Positions 1 to 8,349 of a stretch of 64,000 bases of DNA are shown in pieces. The stretch is taken from assembly GCA_023246095.1 (NCBI GenBank), contig JAHFJA010000003.1, positions 10,782 through 74,781 on the forward strand. Reading direction: 5' to 3'. Origin of the DNA: a bacterium. GTDB lineage: Bacteria > Patescibacteriota > Patescibacteriia > JACQRZ01. The notes below the pieces were generated by a model. That model had not been told where the DNA came from, did no database searches, and saw nothing but the letters and a program-made list of their open reading frames with translations. Every line of letters starts with the position of its first letter. The first letter of the stretch is position 1. Made by a program: the position numbers and the translations under genes.

Positions 1-136
1 GCAAGCGCTTTCCGGTATCGAGGATGTAATGATGGAAGATCACCTGGGTACATGCGCGATTCGTCAAATCAAAACCGGTAAAGAGGACAAAGCTAAAGAA
101 GAGATTCTTAAGGTATATCGACTTAAACGAAAATAA
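1..136 (+). CDS. 3' end of an upstream gene, C-terminal fragment (...EDHLGTCAIRQIKTGKEDKAKEEILKVYRLKRK*), function unknown
   Basis: Open frame 2 runs from the window edge to a TAA at 134-136, immediately before the copA start; no recognisable motif. Confidence 0.3.
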   Translation, partial: QALSGIEDVMMEDHLGTCAIRQIKTGKEDKAKEEILKVYRLKRK

Positions 137-139
137 TGT

Positions 140-2455
140 ATGGCAATCACCAAGACATATAACGTAAAAGGAATGCACTGCGCATCGTGTGCAGGTATGA
201 TTGAAAAAACGTTTAAAAAGATAGAAGGAGTGAAGTCTGCTGAAGTGAATTATGGGACGGAAACGGCGAAAGTCTCATTTGATGATAAACAAGTAACTCA
301 TGAACACCTTACAAAGAGTATTGAACCTCTCGGATATTCTTTGACTGATTCTGAATCAACAAAGCATACTATGACTGCGGCTGAAATGGGTATGTCGGAG
401 AGTGAACATGCAGCGCATCTAGGTCTTTCTCAAACAAAAAAAGAGAAACTTGCTGAGTTGTCGGCCATGAAGCGCACGGTTATATCTATAATCCCTCTTG
501 TGTTGTTCAGTGTATTTGTCATGGCTTGGGAGATTGGCGGGCAGTTTGGTATTTTCACTGAGGTTCCGTATTTCTGGAAGGAGTTTTTTCATCACACACT
601 TCCTTTGATGGCGACGTATGTTCTCTTCGTTGTTGGGAAACCATATTTGCTGGGGTTATACCGTTTTCTTCGTTATGGCAAAGCGAATATGGATACATTG
701 ATTGGAATTGGCACATCGGTAGCGTATCTCTATAGTGTGATCATTACTTCGTTTGAGGATACGTTTCGACCATTTCTCAATGTTGATATTACTTACTACG
801 ACGTGACGATTATTGTCATTGCATTTATTTCGCTGGGAAAATATCTTGAGGTGCGATCGAAACTCAAGACGGGGGACGCAATAGAAAAGTTACTTGGTCT
901 GCAAGCGAAAACAGCCCTGGTTATCCGTGAAGGGAAAGAAGTTGAGCTACCAATTGGTCAGGTTATAAAAGGCGATTTTATCATCGTGAAACCGGCTGGA
1001 AAAATCCCCGTTGATGGAGTACTTACCGAGGGGTCATCGTATGTGGATGAATCGATGGTGACAGGGGAATCTATTCCCACACAAAAGGAATTAGGGAGTA
1101 CTGTAGTTGGTGGAACAATTAACACTTCGGGGTCGTTTGTGTTCAGAGCTACCAACATTGGTTCAGAAACATTGCTGGCAAATATTATAAAAATGGTGGG
1201 AGAGGCACAGGGTAGCAAGGCGCCTATTCAAGCTCTTGCCGATAAAATTTCAAGTATTTTTGTCCCTGCTGTGTTGGTGATTGCGTTTGTGACATTGGGC
1301 GTATGGCTATTGATCGGGACGTCGTATCTTGGATTCTCGCAGGCTTTGTCATACGGGCTTGTGTGCTTTGTAGGTATTTTGGTTATCGCATGTCCATGCG
1401 CGCTGGGTTTAGCCACACCAACGGCGATTATTGTTGGAGTAGGAAAAGGAGCACGAGAAGGTATTCTTATTAAAGATGCCGCAACCCTTGAGACACTCCA
1501 CAAAGCTAGTGTTGTAGTAGTTGATAAGACAGGCACCATCACACAAGGAAAGCCGGAACTTACTTCTATAAAGAATTATTCAGACAAGACTGACGTTGAG
1601 CTGATTTCGATTCTTGCTTCGCTTGAAAAAAAGTCCGAACACCCTATTGCGCATGCAATTGTTTCGTATGCGGATGAAAAAAAGATTTCGCTTGCTTCGG
1701 TAAAAAGTTTTGATGCCATTAAAGGGAAGGGTTTGCAGGGGGTGATAGGAAACACTGAGTATTATGCAGGAAATCTCGCATTGATCCAAAGTCTGAAACT
1801 TGATTTTAATATTCGTGATCTAGAAAAAGATACACAGGAAGGAAAGACACCGGTTATCGTGGCGACGACAAAGAAATTGTTGGGTGTGGTAATGGTGGCC
1901 GACGCAGTAAAGCCGGAAGCTGTTGAGGCCGTGAAGAGTCTTCATAAGCAAGGTATTAAAGTGGTTATGTTGACTGGTGACAATAAAAATACTGCGAAGT
2001 ATATCGCAGAGCAGGTAGGTATCGATGAAGTGTTTGCTCAAGTAACTCCGGAACAAAAATTAAAAAAAATAAAGGAGCTTCAAGCGGGAGGAGCGATTGT
2101 AGCAATGGCGGGTGACGGAGTCAATGATGCTCCCGCACTTGCGCAGGCTGATATAGGTATTGCAATGGCCACTGGTACTGATGTTGCAATTGAATCGGCA
2201 GGGATTACGTTGCTTCATGGAGATATCTCAAAATTGGTGAAGGCAATTAATCTTTCAAAGATCACCATGCGGGGGATAAAGCAAAATCTTTTTTGGGCAT
2301 TTGCATATAATGTTATTGGTATTCCTATTGCGGCAGGAATTCTGTATCCGTTTTTTGGGGTATTGCTCTCCCCTGTCTTTGCTGGTCTTGCCATGGCGCT
2401 TTCTAGTGTATCGGTAGTGGGAAATTCTTTGCGCATTAAAACTAAGAAATTGTAA
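140..2455 (+). CDS. copA: Copper-translocating P1B-type ATPase
   Basis: N-terminal HMA domain (GMHCASCAGMIEKTF), CPC transmembrane motif (CPCALGLATP), phosphorylation site DKTGTIT, hinge GDGVNDAPAL; 771 aa. Confidence 0.92.
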   Translation: MAITKTYNVKGMHCASCAGMIEKTFKKIEGVKSAEVNYGTETAKVSFDDKQVTHEHLTKSIEPLGYSLTDSESTKHTMTAAEMGMSESEHAAHLGLSQTKKEKLAELSAMKRTVISIIPLVLFSVFVMAWEIGGQFGIFTEVPYFWKEFFHHTLPLMATYVLFVVGKPYLLGLYRFLRYGKANMDTLIGIGTSVAYLYSVIITSFEDTFRPFLNVDITYYDVTIIVIAFISLGKYLEVRSKLKTGDAIEKLLGLQAKTALVIREGKEVELPIGQVIKGDFIIVKPAGKIPVDGVLTEGSSYVDESMVTGESIPTQKELGSTVVGGTINTSGSFVFRATNIGSETLLANIIKMVGEAQGSKAPIQALADKISSIFVPAVLVIAFVTLGVWLLIGTSYLGFSQALSYGLVCFVGILVIACPCALGLATPTAIIVGVGKGAREGILIKDAATLETLHKASVVVVDKTGTITQGKPELTSIKNYSDKTDVELISILASLEKKSEHPIAHAIVSYADEKKISLASVKSFDAIKGKGLQGVIGNTEYYAGNLALIQSLKLDFNIRDLEKDTQEGKTPVIVATTKKLLGVVMVADAVKPEAVEAVKSLHKQGIKVVMLTGDNKNTAKYIAEQVGIDEVFAQVTPEQKLKKIKELQAGGAIVAMAGDGVNDAPALAQADIGIAMATGTDVAIESAGITLLHGDISKLVKAINLSKITMRGIKQNLFWAFAYNVIGIPIAAGILYPFFGVLLSPVFAGLAMALSSVSVVGNSLRIKTKKL

Positions 2456-2459
2456 CTAT

Positions 2460-3479
2460 ATGAATACATACACTTTCTATGTAAGCGGAATGCATTGCAA
2501 GTCATGTGTTAGCATGATTGACAGCGAATTATCGGAACTTCCCTATATCACTGAAGCAAAATCAAATCTTTCAACGTGTTCAGTGGATGTTGCGGGAGAA
2601 TTTGGTGATAAGTCTCCAGAGAATATTGCACAAGAGCTGACTCAAGTGATTGCAAAACATGGATATCGTTGTTCAGTAGAAAAACAAACACCACCAAAAA
2701 ATTGGTCAGATTTCAAAATGGCAATCCCTGTTGCTGTTGTATTTTTGATATTGTTCGTCGTTTTACAGAAGGTGGGTCTTGTAAATTTTGTAAATACTAG
2801 TAGTGTGTCATATGGAACATCGTTTGCAATTGGTCTTATTGCCTCACTTTCTTCTTGTCTAGCTGTGGTGGGTGGATTGCTGCTTTCGATGTCGGCTACG
2901 TTTGCAAAAGAAGGCGACAAGATGAAGCCACAGTTATTGTTCCACGCGGGTCGTCTTATATCGTTTTTCATTCTTGGCGGCGTAATCGGTGCAGTCGGGG
3001 CTGTGTTTACCTTGAGCCCTGCTGCTACGTTTACTGTGGGTATCATTGTTGGCGTAGTGATGCTCATCCTGGGTATTAATCTTCTGGATGTATTTCCATG
3101 GGCAAAGCGTTTACAGCCTTCAATGCCGAAATTTATAGCAAAACGAGCTCAAGGCGTATCGAAACTGAATCATACCTTCACGCCATTTCTCGTTGGGATT
3201 GTCACATTTTTTCTCCCGTGTGGTTTTACACAATCAATGCAATTATATACACTCACCACGGGAAGCTTTTTGAAAGGGGGATTGACTATGGGGGCGTTTG
3301 CATTGGGAACATTGCCGGTACTTGCGTTGATCAGTTTCAGCTCGTTCAGTATTCAGAATAGTTCAAAGGCGGGCGTATTTTTCAAAACAGCAGGATTGAT
3401 TGTAATTTTATTCGCTTTGTTTAATCTCATTAATAGTCTTGTGGTGATCGGTTTAATACCACCTCTCTTTAATATCTAG
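2460..3479 (+). CDS. HMA (heavy-metal-associated) domain fused to a DsbD_2/CcdA-like or TauE-like multi-TM membrane domain
   Basis: N-terminal MHCKSCVSMID metal-binding motif; about 8 predicted TM helices with conserved Cys in TM helices (SSCLAV, FLPCGF); 5 bp downstream of copA. Confidence 0.55.
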   Translation: MNTYTFYVSGMHCKSCVSMIDSELSELPYITEAKSNLSTCSVDVAGEFGDKSPENIAQELTQVIAKHGYRCSVEKQTPPKNWSDFKMAIPVAVVFLILFVVLQKVGLVNFVNTSSVSYGTSFAIGLIASLSSCLAVVGGLLLSMSATFAKEGDKMKPQLLFHAGRLISFFILGGVIGAVGAVFTLSPAATFTVGIIVGVVMLILGINLLDVFPWAKRLQPSMPKFIAKRAQGVSKLNHTFTPFLVGIVTFFLPCGFTQSMQLYTLTTGSFLKGGLTMGAFALGTLPVLALISFSSFSIQNSSKAGVFFKTAGLIVILFALFNLINSLVVIGLIPPLFNI

Positions 3480-3489
3480 TTCTATCTCT

Positions 3490-3906
3490 ATGTCTCAAGA
3501 AAAGGCGCCAAAATCTACAAAGTTATTTATCATTGCTTTTGTTTCTGTCGTGGTGGTGATGGGCGCGGGGATATTTTTTACACTGAATAAAAAAACGGAA
3601 AGTAACGCAGTGGCAGTGAATAATACCAATATAAGTGGTGATAAACAAATTATTGAAATACATGCGAAAGGTGGATACCAACCTCGCAAGAGTGTTGCAA
3701 AGGCGGGTGTGCCTACCGTCGTACGATTTGTCACCAAAGGGACATTCGATTGTTCGTCAACGATAAGTATTCCAAGTATGAAAATAAGCCGAAGTCTTCC
3801 TCCTTCAGGGTCGACCGATATTGATTTGGGTACGGTCGCAGCAGGGGTGTTGCAAGGAACATGCGGAATGGGTATGTATCCTTTTGAGATTGATTTTCAG
3901 AGTTAA
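3490..3906 (+). CDS. Membrane-anchored cupredoxin-like (Cupredoxin_1-type) copper-binding protein
   Basis: N-terminal TM helix, then AKGGYQPRK...VPTVVRFVTKG...C...C..MGMYPFE, a pattern typical of small cupredoxin-fold proteins in cop operons. Confidence 0.5.
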   Translation: MSQEKAPKSTKLFIIAFVSVVVVMGAGIFFTLNKKTESNAVAVNNTNISGDKQIIEIHAKGGYQPRKSVAKAGVPTVVRFVTKGTFDCSSTISIPSMKISRSLPPSGSTDIDLGTVAAGVLQGTCGMGMYPFEIDFQS

Positions 3907-3922
3907 TCGATTGGCAGACTAT

Positions 3923-3975
3923 TGACACGGCAATGTATATACGTATAATCAATGATTATCAATAAATAATTGATA
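3923..3975 (+). promoter_or_regulatory. Sigma70-like promoter (TTGACA-16-TATAAT) followed by the palindrome TATCAAT-aaata-ATTGATA (operator-like)
   Basis: TTGACA at 3923-3928, TATAAT at 3945-3950; perfect 7 bp inverted repeat at about 3957-3975 upstream of the 4025 gene. Confidence 0.5.
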
Positions 3976-4024
3976 GTCCTCGCCATGGGGTAGCATGGAA
4001 TTATGTACATTTTGGAGGAATAAA

Positions 4025-4282
4025 ATGGGAAAACCATTACATGAGAGTCTAGTATCGGTAATAGAGAATGCTAAACCGGAAGGACTGAAAAGTCTTGCAG
4101 CGCTTATCGTCGCTACTAACATTCCCAAAAATCATGTTGCTATATCTGAAGCCTGGCAGATCCGTGTCAGCGAACTTGAGTTGAGACCCGACGTATACGG
4201 GAATATTCCGCAGGTTCTTGTGGAAAAGGCAGAAGAAGCAAGACAAGCACACCCAAAAAATCAGGAGGTGACCACTCACTAA
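4025..4282 (+). CDS. Hypothetical small protein (85 aa)
   Basis: ORF with GGAGG Shine-Dalgarno 7 nt before the ATG at 4025; the listed ORF start at 3995 lacks an SD. Confidence 0.45.
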   Translation: MGKPLHESLVSVIENAKPEGLKSLAALIVATNIPKNHVAISEAWQIRVSELELRPDVYGNIPQVLVEKAEEARQAHPKNQEVTTH

Positions 4283-4289
4283 AAGTAAC

Positions 4290-4324
4290 AACAGTATTAA
4301 TAAGTGCACGACCTAAGGTACGGC
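4290..4324. terminator. Bidirectional intrinsic terminator between convergent genes
   Basis: AATAAGTGCacgacctaaggtacgGCACTTATT hairpin flanked by A/T runs. Confidence 0.6.
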
Positions 4325-4359
4325 ACTTATTTATTTACAGTACATACCAATTGTTTGAC

Positions 4360-5751
4360 TTACCCCCGCTTTACGCATTTTTGATACAAGTTTTTAAACA
4401 TTCCTTTTGGATCGTACTTTGTTTTTAGTGCATCATAATCCTTTTTATTATAGAGCTGCCAGAATTCGTTTTCGGGATAGTATGAGGATGAGTAAAGGGA
4501 TTTCTTTCCGCCCAGTTCTTTCACTTTGTTTTCGATGAGCCGGTTGTAATGCCCTTCTTCTTTCTCTGACGCTACCGAATCCCAAAAACCAAAGTTTATA
4601 TAGAGCTGTTTTGGTTTGACAGCAAATAAACTAAAAATATTTTCAGAAGGTGTGGTGGGACACGTCCATACTGGTTTAATGCCGATCTCGCGATGAAAGA
4701 AGTCCATGAATTCGGGAGCATGTTCAATAGGAATTTCGACATCCTGGATGATTGATTCTCTTTTTCCGTTAATCGCTGACAAAAGGTTCGTTATTTTATA
4801 CTGGGTCGCAAGTTTCTTTATTTTCCAATACGTCGTAGATCGGAGGAGACGAGGAGTTGCAAGAAAACGAATGAGGGGATTTTGTGCACCAAATACACGG
4901 GAGCACCAAAACCAGTCAGTATCCCATCTCCATATATAATCATGGGTGGTTAGATAGTCTTCTTTTTTTTGGAGGATTGATCGGTAGTATATACCCATGT
5001 AGGTATAGTTACTGACCTGAGGTGCGGTGTCGACAAATTGTCCGATACTCAAATAGTACACCCCGCGATCGAACGCTACACCGTCGATAAAATCAACAAC
5101 GTCATGAGACTTGCCAGATCGATTACATACATCTTTTATTGAATCGAAAAATAATGCCGGATCGGTGAAAGAAGAATGGGTGACGTGAACATATTTTTTT
5201 ATCGGGATGAGGGCGACAGCGAGTATTAGTGCGTATCCGAGAGTGCCGTATGAATTGGGAAAACCAAAAAATAGATCGCGATTTTCATTGTTTGGCGAAC
5301 ATGTCCGTACTATGCCGTCTCCACAGAGAATTTCCATCTCTTGTACTGTCTCATGGACAAATCCATAACGGAACGATGTTGCTTCAATACCAACCCCCGT
5401 GACCGCACCGCCGACAGTGATAGATTTTAGTTCCGGCACGACTGTCGGCATGAGATTGTAAGGCAGGGTTTGTTTCACGAGCTCTTCATAGGTGGTCATC
5501 CCTTCGACGTACGCAATTCGGTTTGTGGGATCGACAGAAACAACTCGATTCAAATTACCGAGATTGAGTTTGTGTATACTTCCTTGAGCGCGATCACGAA
5601 ATAAGTTGGATGTTTTTTTTCCGCCAATAGCAACAGAAGTCCCCGATGTCCGGTGTTTAATAATTTCAGAAAATTCTTGTACTGCTAATTCTTTTTTTGA
5701 TTCGTATTGCTGTGGCGTGTCCATCTCTTGATGAGCATTTTGTTCGTCCAT
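4360..5751 (-). CDS. FAD-linked oxidoreductase (PCMH-type FAD_binding_4 fold; TmsA/BfaA- or DHCR24-like)
   Basis: N-terminal FAD-binding region (VAIGGKKTSN...VGGAVTGVGIEATSFRYGFVHETV...EILCGDGIV...NRDLFFGFPNSYGTLG); start placed at internal Met 5751 because the longer ORF would overlap the upstream gene. Confidence 0.7.
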   Translation of the reverse strand: MDEQNAHQEMDTPQQYESKKELAVQEFSEIIKHRTSGTSVAIGGKKTSNLFRDRAQGSIHKLNLGNLNRVVSVDPTNRIAYVEGMTTYEELVKQTLPYNLMPTVVPELKSITVGGAVTGVGIEATSFRYGFVHETVQEMEILCGDGIVRTCSPNNENRDLFFGFPNSYGTLGYALILAVALIPIKKYVHVTHSSFTDPALFFDSIKDVCNRSGKSHDVVDFIDGVAFDRGVYYLSIGQFVDTAPQVSNYTYMGIYYRSILQKKEDYLTTHDYIWRWDTDWFWCSRVFGAQNPLIRFLATPRLLRSTTYWKIKKLATQYKITNLLSAINGKRESIIQDVEIPIEHAPEFMDFFHREIGIKPVWTCPTTPSENIFSLFAVKPKQLYINFGFWDSVASEKEEGHYNRLIENKVKELGGKKSLYSSSYYPENEFWQLYNKKDYDALKTKYDPKGMFKNLYQKCVKRG

Positions 5752-5758
5752 AGTGTAT

Positions 5759-6886
5759 CTATCTGATAGATTCGTAACCACTTCGTACTCCGCCTTTAGA
5801 ATAAACAATCTGCCACAATTGATTTCGTCGTGAGCGGAAACTGCCGGCGCAGCATAGTAAGTAATATTTCCACATGCGATAGAATCTATCATTAAAGTGA
5901 TCTGACTTGATGGTTGGCCAGTTGCGCTCAAAATTTTCATACCATGCCATCAGGGTTTTGTCGTAGTTGGTGCTCAGGTTATGCCAATCCTCCATCACAA
6001 ATAATCGTTCTGCTGCCTTTGAAAGTTGTGCAATCGACGGAAGCATTGAATTTGGGAAAATATATTTTTCAATCCATGGATCGGTGCCGGTGACTGACTT
6101 GCTTCCACCGATAGTGTGAAGGAAAAATATGCCATCTTGCTTGAGGCAGCGATGCGCAAGTTCCATGAATCCTCGGTAGTTGCGATATCCCACATGTTCA
6201 GCCATACCGATCGATACAACCTTATCGAATACACCGGTAGCTTCGCGGTAATCAGAAAGGATGAACTTTACATCAAGACCCTTTCCTTTTTCTTTTGCAT
6301 ACGCGACCTGCTCTTTCGAAATGTTATAGCCGGTAACTTTCACCCCATAGTTTTTGGCAGCAAAACGAGCGAATCCCCCCCAACCACAGCCGAGTTCCAA
6401 GACCGTCTCGCCGGGTTTTAACATGGCTTTTTTGCAGATCAGGTGCAGTTTATCTTCCTGGGCCTTATTGAGGTCTTTTGCTTCTTTCCAGTAGCCACAG
6501 GTATATTGCATGTTGGGATCCAACATTTTTTCATAAAAGTCATTTCCGAGGTCATAATGCTGCATCGCAACCTTGGTTGAGCGCGCTTTTGTTTGCATGT
6601 TAAGCAAATGTGCTTTGGGTACAAGGAGAAGCGTTTTTAAATCAACATTTACTTGTTTTTCGATATTAGGAACCGAAAGGACTTTATCAAAAAATTGATC
6701 GAGAGCGGGGACATCCCACCATCCATCCATATATGACTCACCAAGGGCTAGTGATCCTTGGGATAAAATACGATGGTAAAATGATTCATTGTTAATCTGA
6801 ATATCCCACGGCTTTCCTCCATTGATTGTTATCCCTGCTAAAGAGAGGATCTCTTGTGCCTTGTCTTGAAAAACACTGTTTGGCAT
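5759..6886 (-). CDS. Cyclopropane-fatty-acyl-phospholipid synthase family SAM-dependent methyltransferase (Cfa/TmsB/BfaB-like)
   Basis: CFA_synthase-family layout with SAM motif VLELGCGWGGFARFAAKNYGVKVTGYNISKEQ and downstream DVKFILSDYRE...SIGMAEHVG. Confidence 0.8.
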   Translation of the reverse strand: MPNSVFQDKAQEILSLAGITINGGKPWDIQINNESFYHRILSQGSLALGESYMDGWWDVPALDQFFDKVLSVPNIEKQVNVDLKTLLLVPKAHLLNMQTKARSTKVAMQHYDLGNDFYEKMLDPNMQYTCGYWKEAKDLNKAQEDKLHLICKKAMLKPGETVLELGCGWGGFARFAAKNYGVKVTGYNISKEQVAYAKEKGKGLDVKFILSDYREATGVFDKVVSIGMAEHVGYRNYRGFMELAHRCLKQDGIFFLHTIGGSKSVTGTDPWIEKYIFPNSMLPSIAQLSKAAERLFVMEDWHNLSTNYDKTLMAWYENFERNWPTIKSDHFNDRFYRMWKYYLLCCAGSFRSRRNQLWQIVYSKGGVRSGYESIR

Positions 6887-7007
6887 ACAGTAAATAATAT
6901 GAATCGGCTAGTACACGTAGTGTACCTTAGATTCTGTAAATATCAAGAGGGAGACAGCAAAAAAGCGGCAATCATGGTACCGCTTTTTTGTGGGGAAACG
7001 AGAGGGT

Positions 7008-7361
7008 TTATTGTGTGATTGGTTTTTGATCAACACTTCCTTTGAGTAGGGCGTTGATAATTGAGAGCACAAGACTAAATAACAGTGCCCACCAAAATCC
7101 GTTTACTGAAAAACCTGGAACGATTTGAGCGGCAAGTAAAATCATAAGTGCATTCACGACGAATGTAAATAGCCCGAGCGTGAGGATGTTGAGCGGGAGG
7201 GTGATTAGGAGGACAAGGGGACGGATCAGGGCGTTAATAAGCCCGAGAACTATCGCAAGTACCAACGCGGTAAGGAAATTATTCACATCGACGCCCGGTA
7301 AAATATAGGCGGCTACGAGGATGGCAAGCGCAGAAATAAGCCAGTTAAGGAGAATGGCCAT
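7008..7361 (-). CDS. DUF360/phage-holin-4-like small membrane protein (YvlD-type)
   Basis: 117 aa, 4 TM, internally repeated LPG..VNGFW / LINALIRP motifs. Confidence 0.5.
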   Translation of the reverse strand: MAILLNWLISALAILVAAYILPGVDVNNFLTALVLAIVLGLINALIRPLVLLITLPLNILTLGLFTFVVNALMILLAAQIVPGFSVNGFWWALLFSLVLSIINALLKGSVDQKPITQ

Positions 7362-7384
7362 AAAGAGGAAAGATATTAAGAATA

Positions 7385-8275
7385 ATGATATTGTATTACA
7401 ATAAGTATACTCTTTATTCCCCTATGTCCCCAATGAAACGTCAACCCTACTCAGGACCGCATTATACCCCCATGATTCTCGCATTGGTTGCAATGGGGAT
7501 ACTGGTAGGCGCGTATTTCTTTTTTCAAAAAACTCCGGCTAAAGAAGACGTGTCGACCGCGAACTCCGAACAAGTGGCGCCATTAATCCCTGTTCCTACT
7601 ACCGCCGTAGTACCTGTTATCGAACCGCCAAAAGAAGAACCTATCGTAATTGAGAAAAAAACGACAGAAGAGAAGAATCCTGAGTTTGGCATCACAACCG
7701 CATATCCGGCTCTCAAAAAAGGGGACGTGAGTGTTGATGACATCAATGCGACGATACGAATTTTCGTTGATGGCACCATAAAACAATTTAAAGACGATTT
7801 TAATAATGCAAAAAAAGAAGGAAGTACGGGTAACCCTGATGAGACATGGAGTTTGACGATTGGTTATGATACTCCCTACCAATCTTCAGATTATATTTCA
7901 CTTGAGTTATCGGTCGATAGTTATGAAGGTGGTGCCCATCCAAATGGAACAGTAAAAACGTTTGTCGTTGATGTGAAGAATCAGAAAATACTTTCCCTTG
8001 ATGATATCCTTATCTCAAATACGTCGCTCAAAGATCTTTCCGCACTTGCGATTGCAGATTTAAAAAAGCGGAATGTATCAGATGATGATTGGATTACAAG
8101 CGGTGCATCTGGCAAAACAGAAAATTATCAGGCGTGGTACCTCTCTTCAAACGGTTTGACGATATTATTTTCATCATATCAAGTCGCGCCGTATGCAGCG
8201 GGGGTACAAGAAGTGACGATTTCCCCATTAAAGTTATCGGATTTAATTAAGCCAGAATATATCCTGACCAAGTAG
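7385..8275 (+). CDS. Membrane-anchored DUF3298/DUF4163 (RsiV-like) domain protein
   Basis: N-terminal TM helix; C-terminal SLELSVDSYEGGAHPNGTVKTFVVD motif typical of DUF3298; exact start uncertain (Met at 7385, 7424 or 7433). Confidence 0.5.
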   Translation: MILYYNKYTLYSPMSPMKRQPYSGPHYTPMILALVAMGILVGAYFFFQKTPAKEDVSTANSEQVAPLIPVPTTAVVPVIEPPKEEPIVIEKKTTEEKNPEFGITTAYPALKKGDVSVDDINATIRIFVDGTIKQFKDDFNNAKKEGSTGNPDETWSLTIGYDTPYQSSDYISLELSVDSYEGGAHPNGTVKTFVVDVKNQKILSLDDILISNTSLKDLSALAIADLKKRNVSDDDWITSGASGKTENYQAWYLSSNGLTILFSSYQVAPYAAGVQEVTISPLKLSDLIKPEYILTK

Positions 8276-8331
8276 AGAATGTATTTTATTTAAGCGTTGC
8301 AGTACACGTGGTAAATTTTTTAATAGTTCAA

Positions 8332-8340
8332 TGCTATAAT
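8332..8340 (+). promoter_or_regulatory. Extended -10 element TGCTATAAT upstream of ABC exporter copy 1
   Basis: TGnTATAAT 10 nt upstream of the ATG at 8350; same element and flanks duplicated at 10156. Confidence 0.45.
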
Positions 8341-8349
8341 GAGCATACT

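Noticed and set aside
958-2505. Antisense ORFs inside copA (958-1218, 1228-1542, 1580-1789, 1820-2056, 2215-2505)
   Set aside because: They are fully embedded in a high-confidence P-type ATPase gene and have no SD or motifs; typical spurious antisense frames in AT-rich DNA. The same applies to antisense ORFs inside the ABC, LTD, PNPase and integrase genes.
5752-5940. N-terminal 63 aa extension of the FAD-oxidoreductase ORF
   Set aside because: It would overlap the 3' end of the Cfa-like gene by about 180 nt. The internal Met at 5751 gives a 7 nt gap and an N-terminus that aligns with the FAD-binding domain start.
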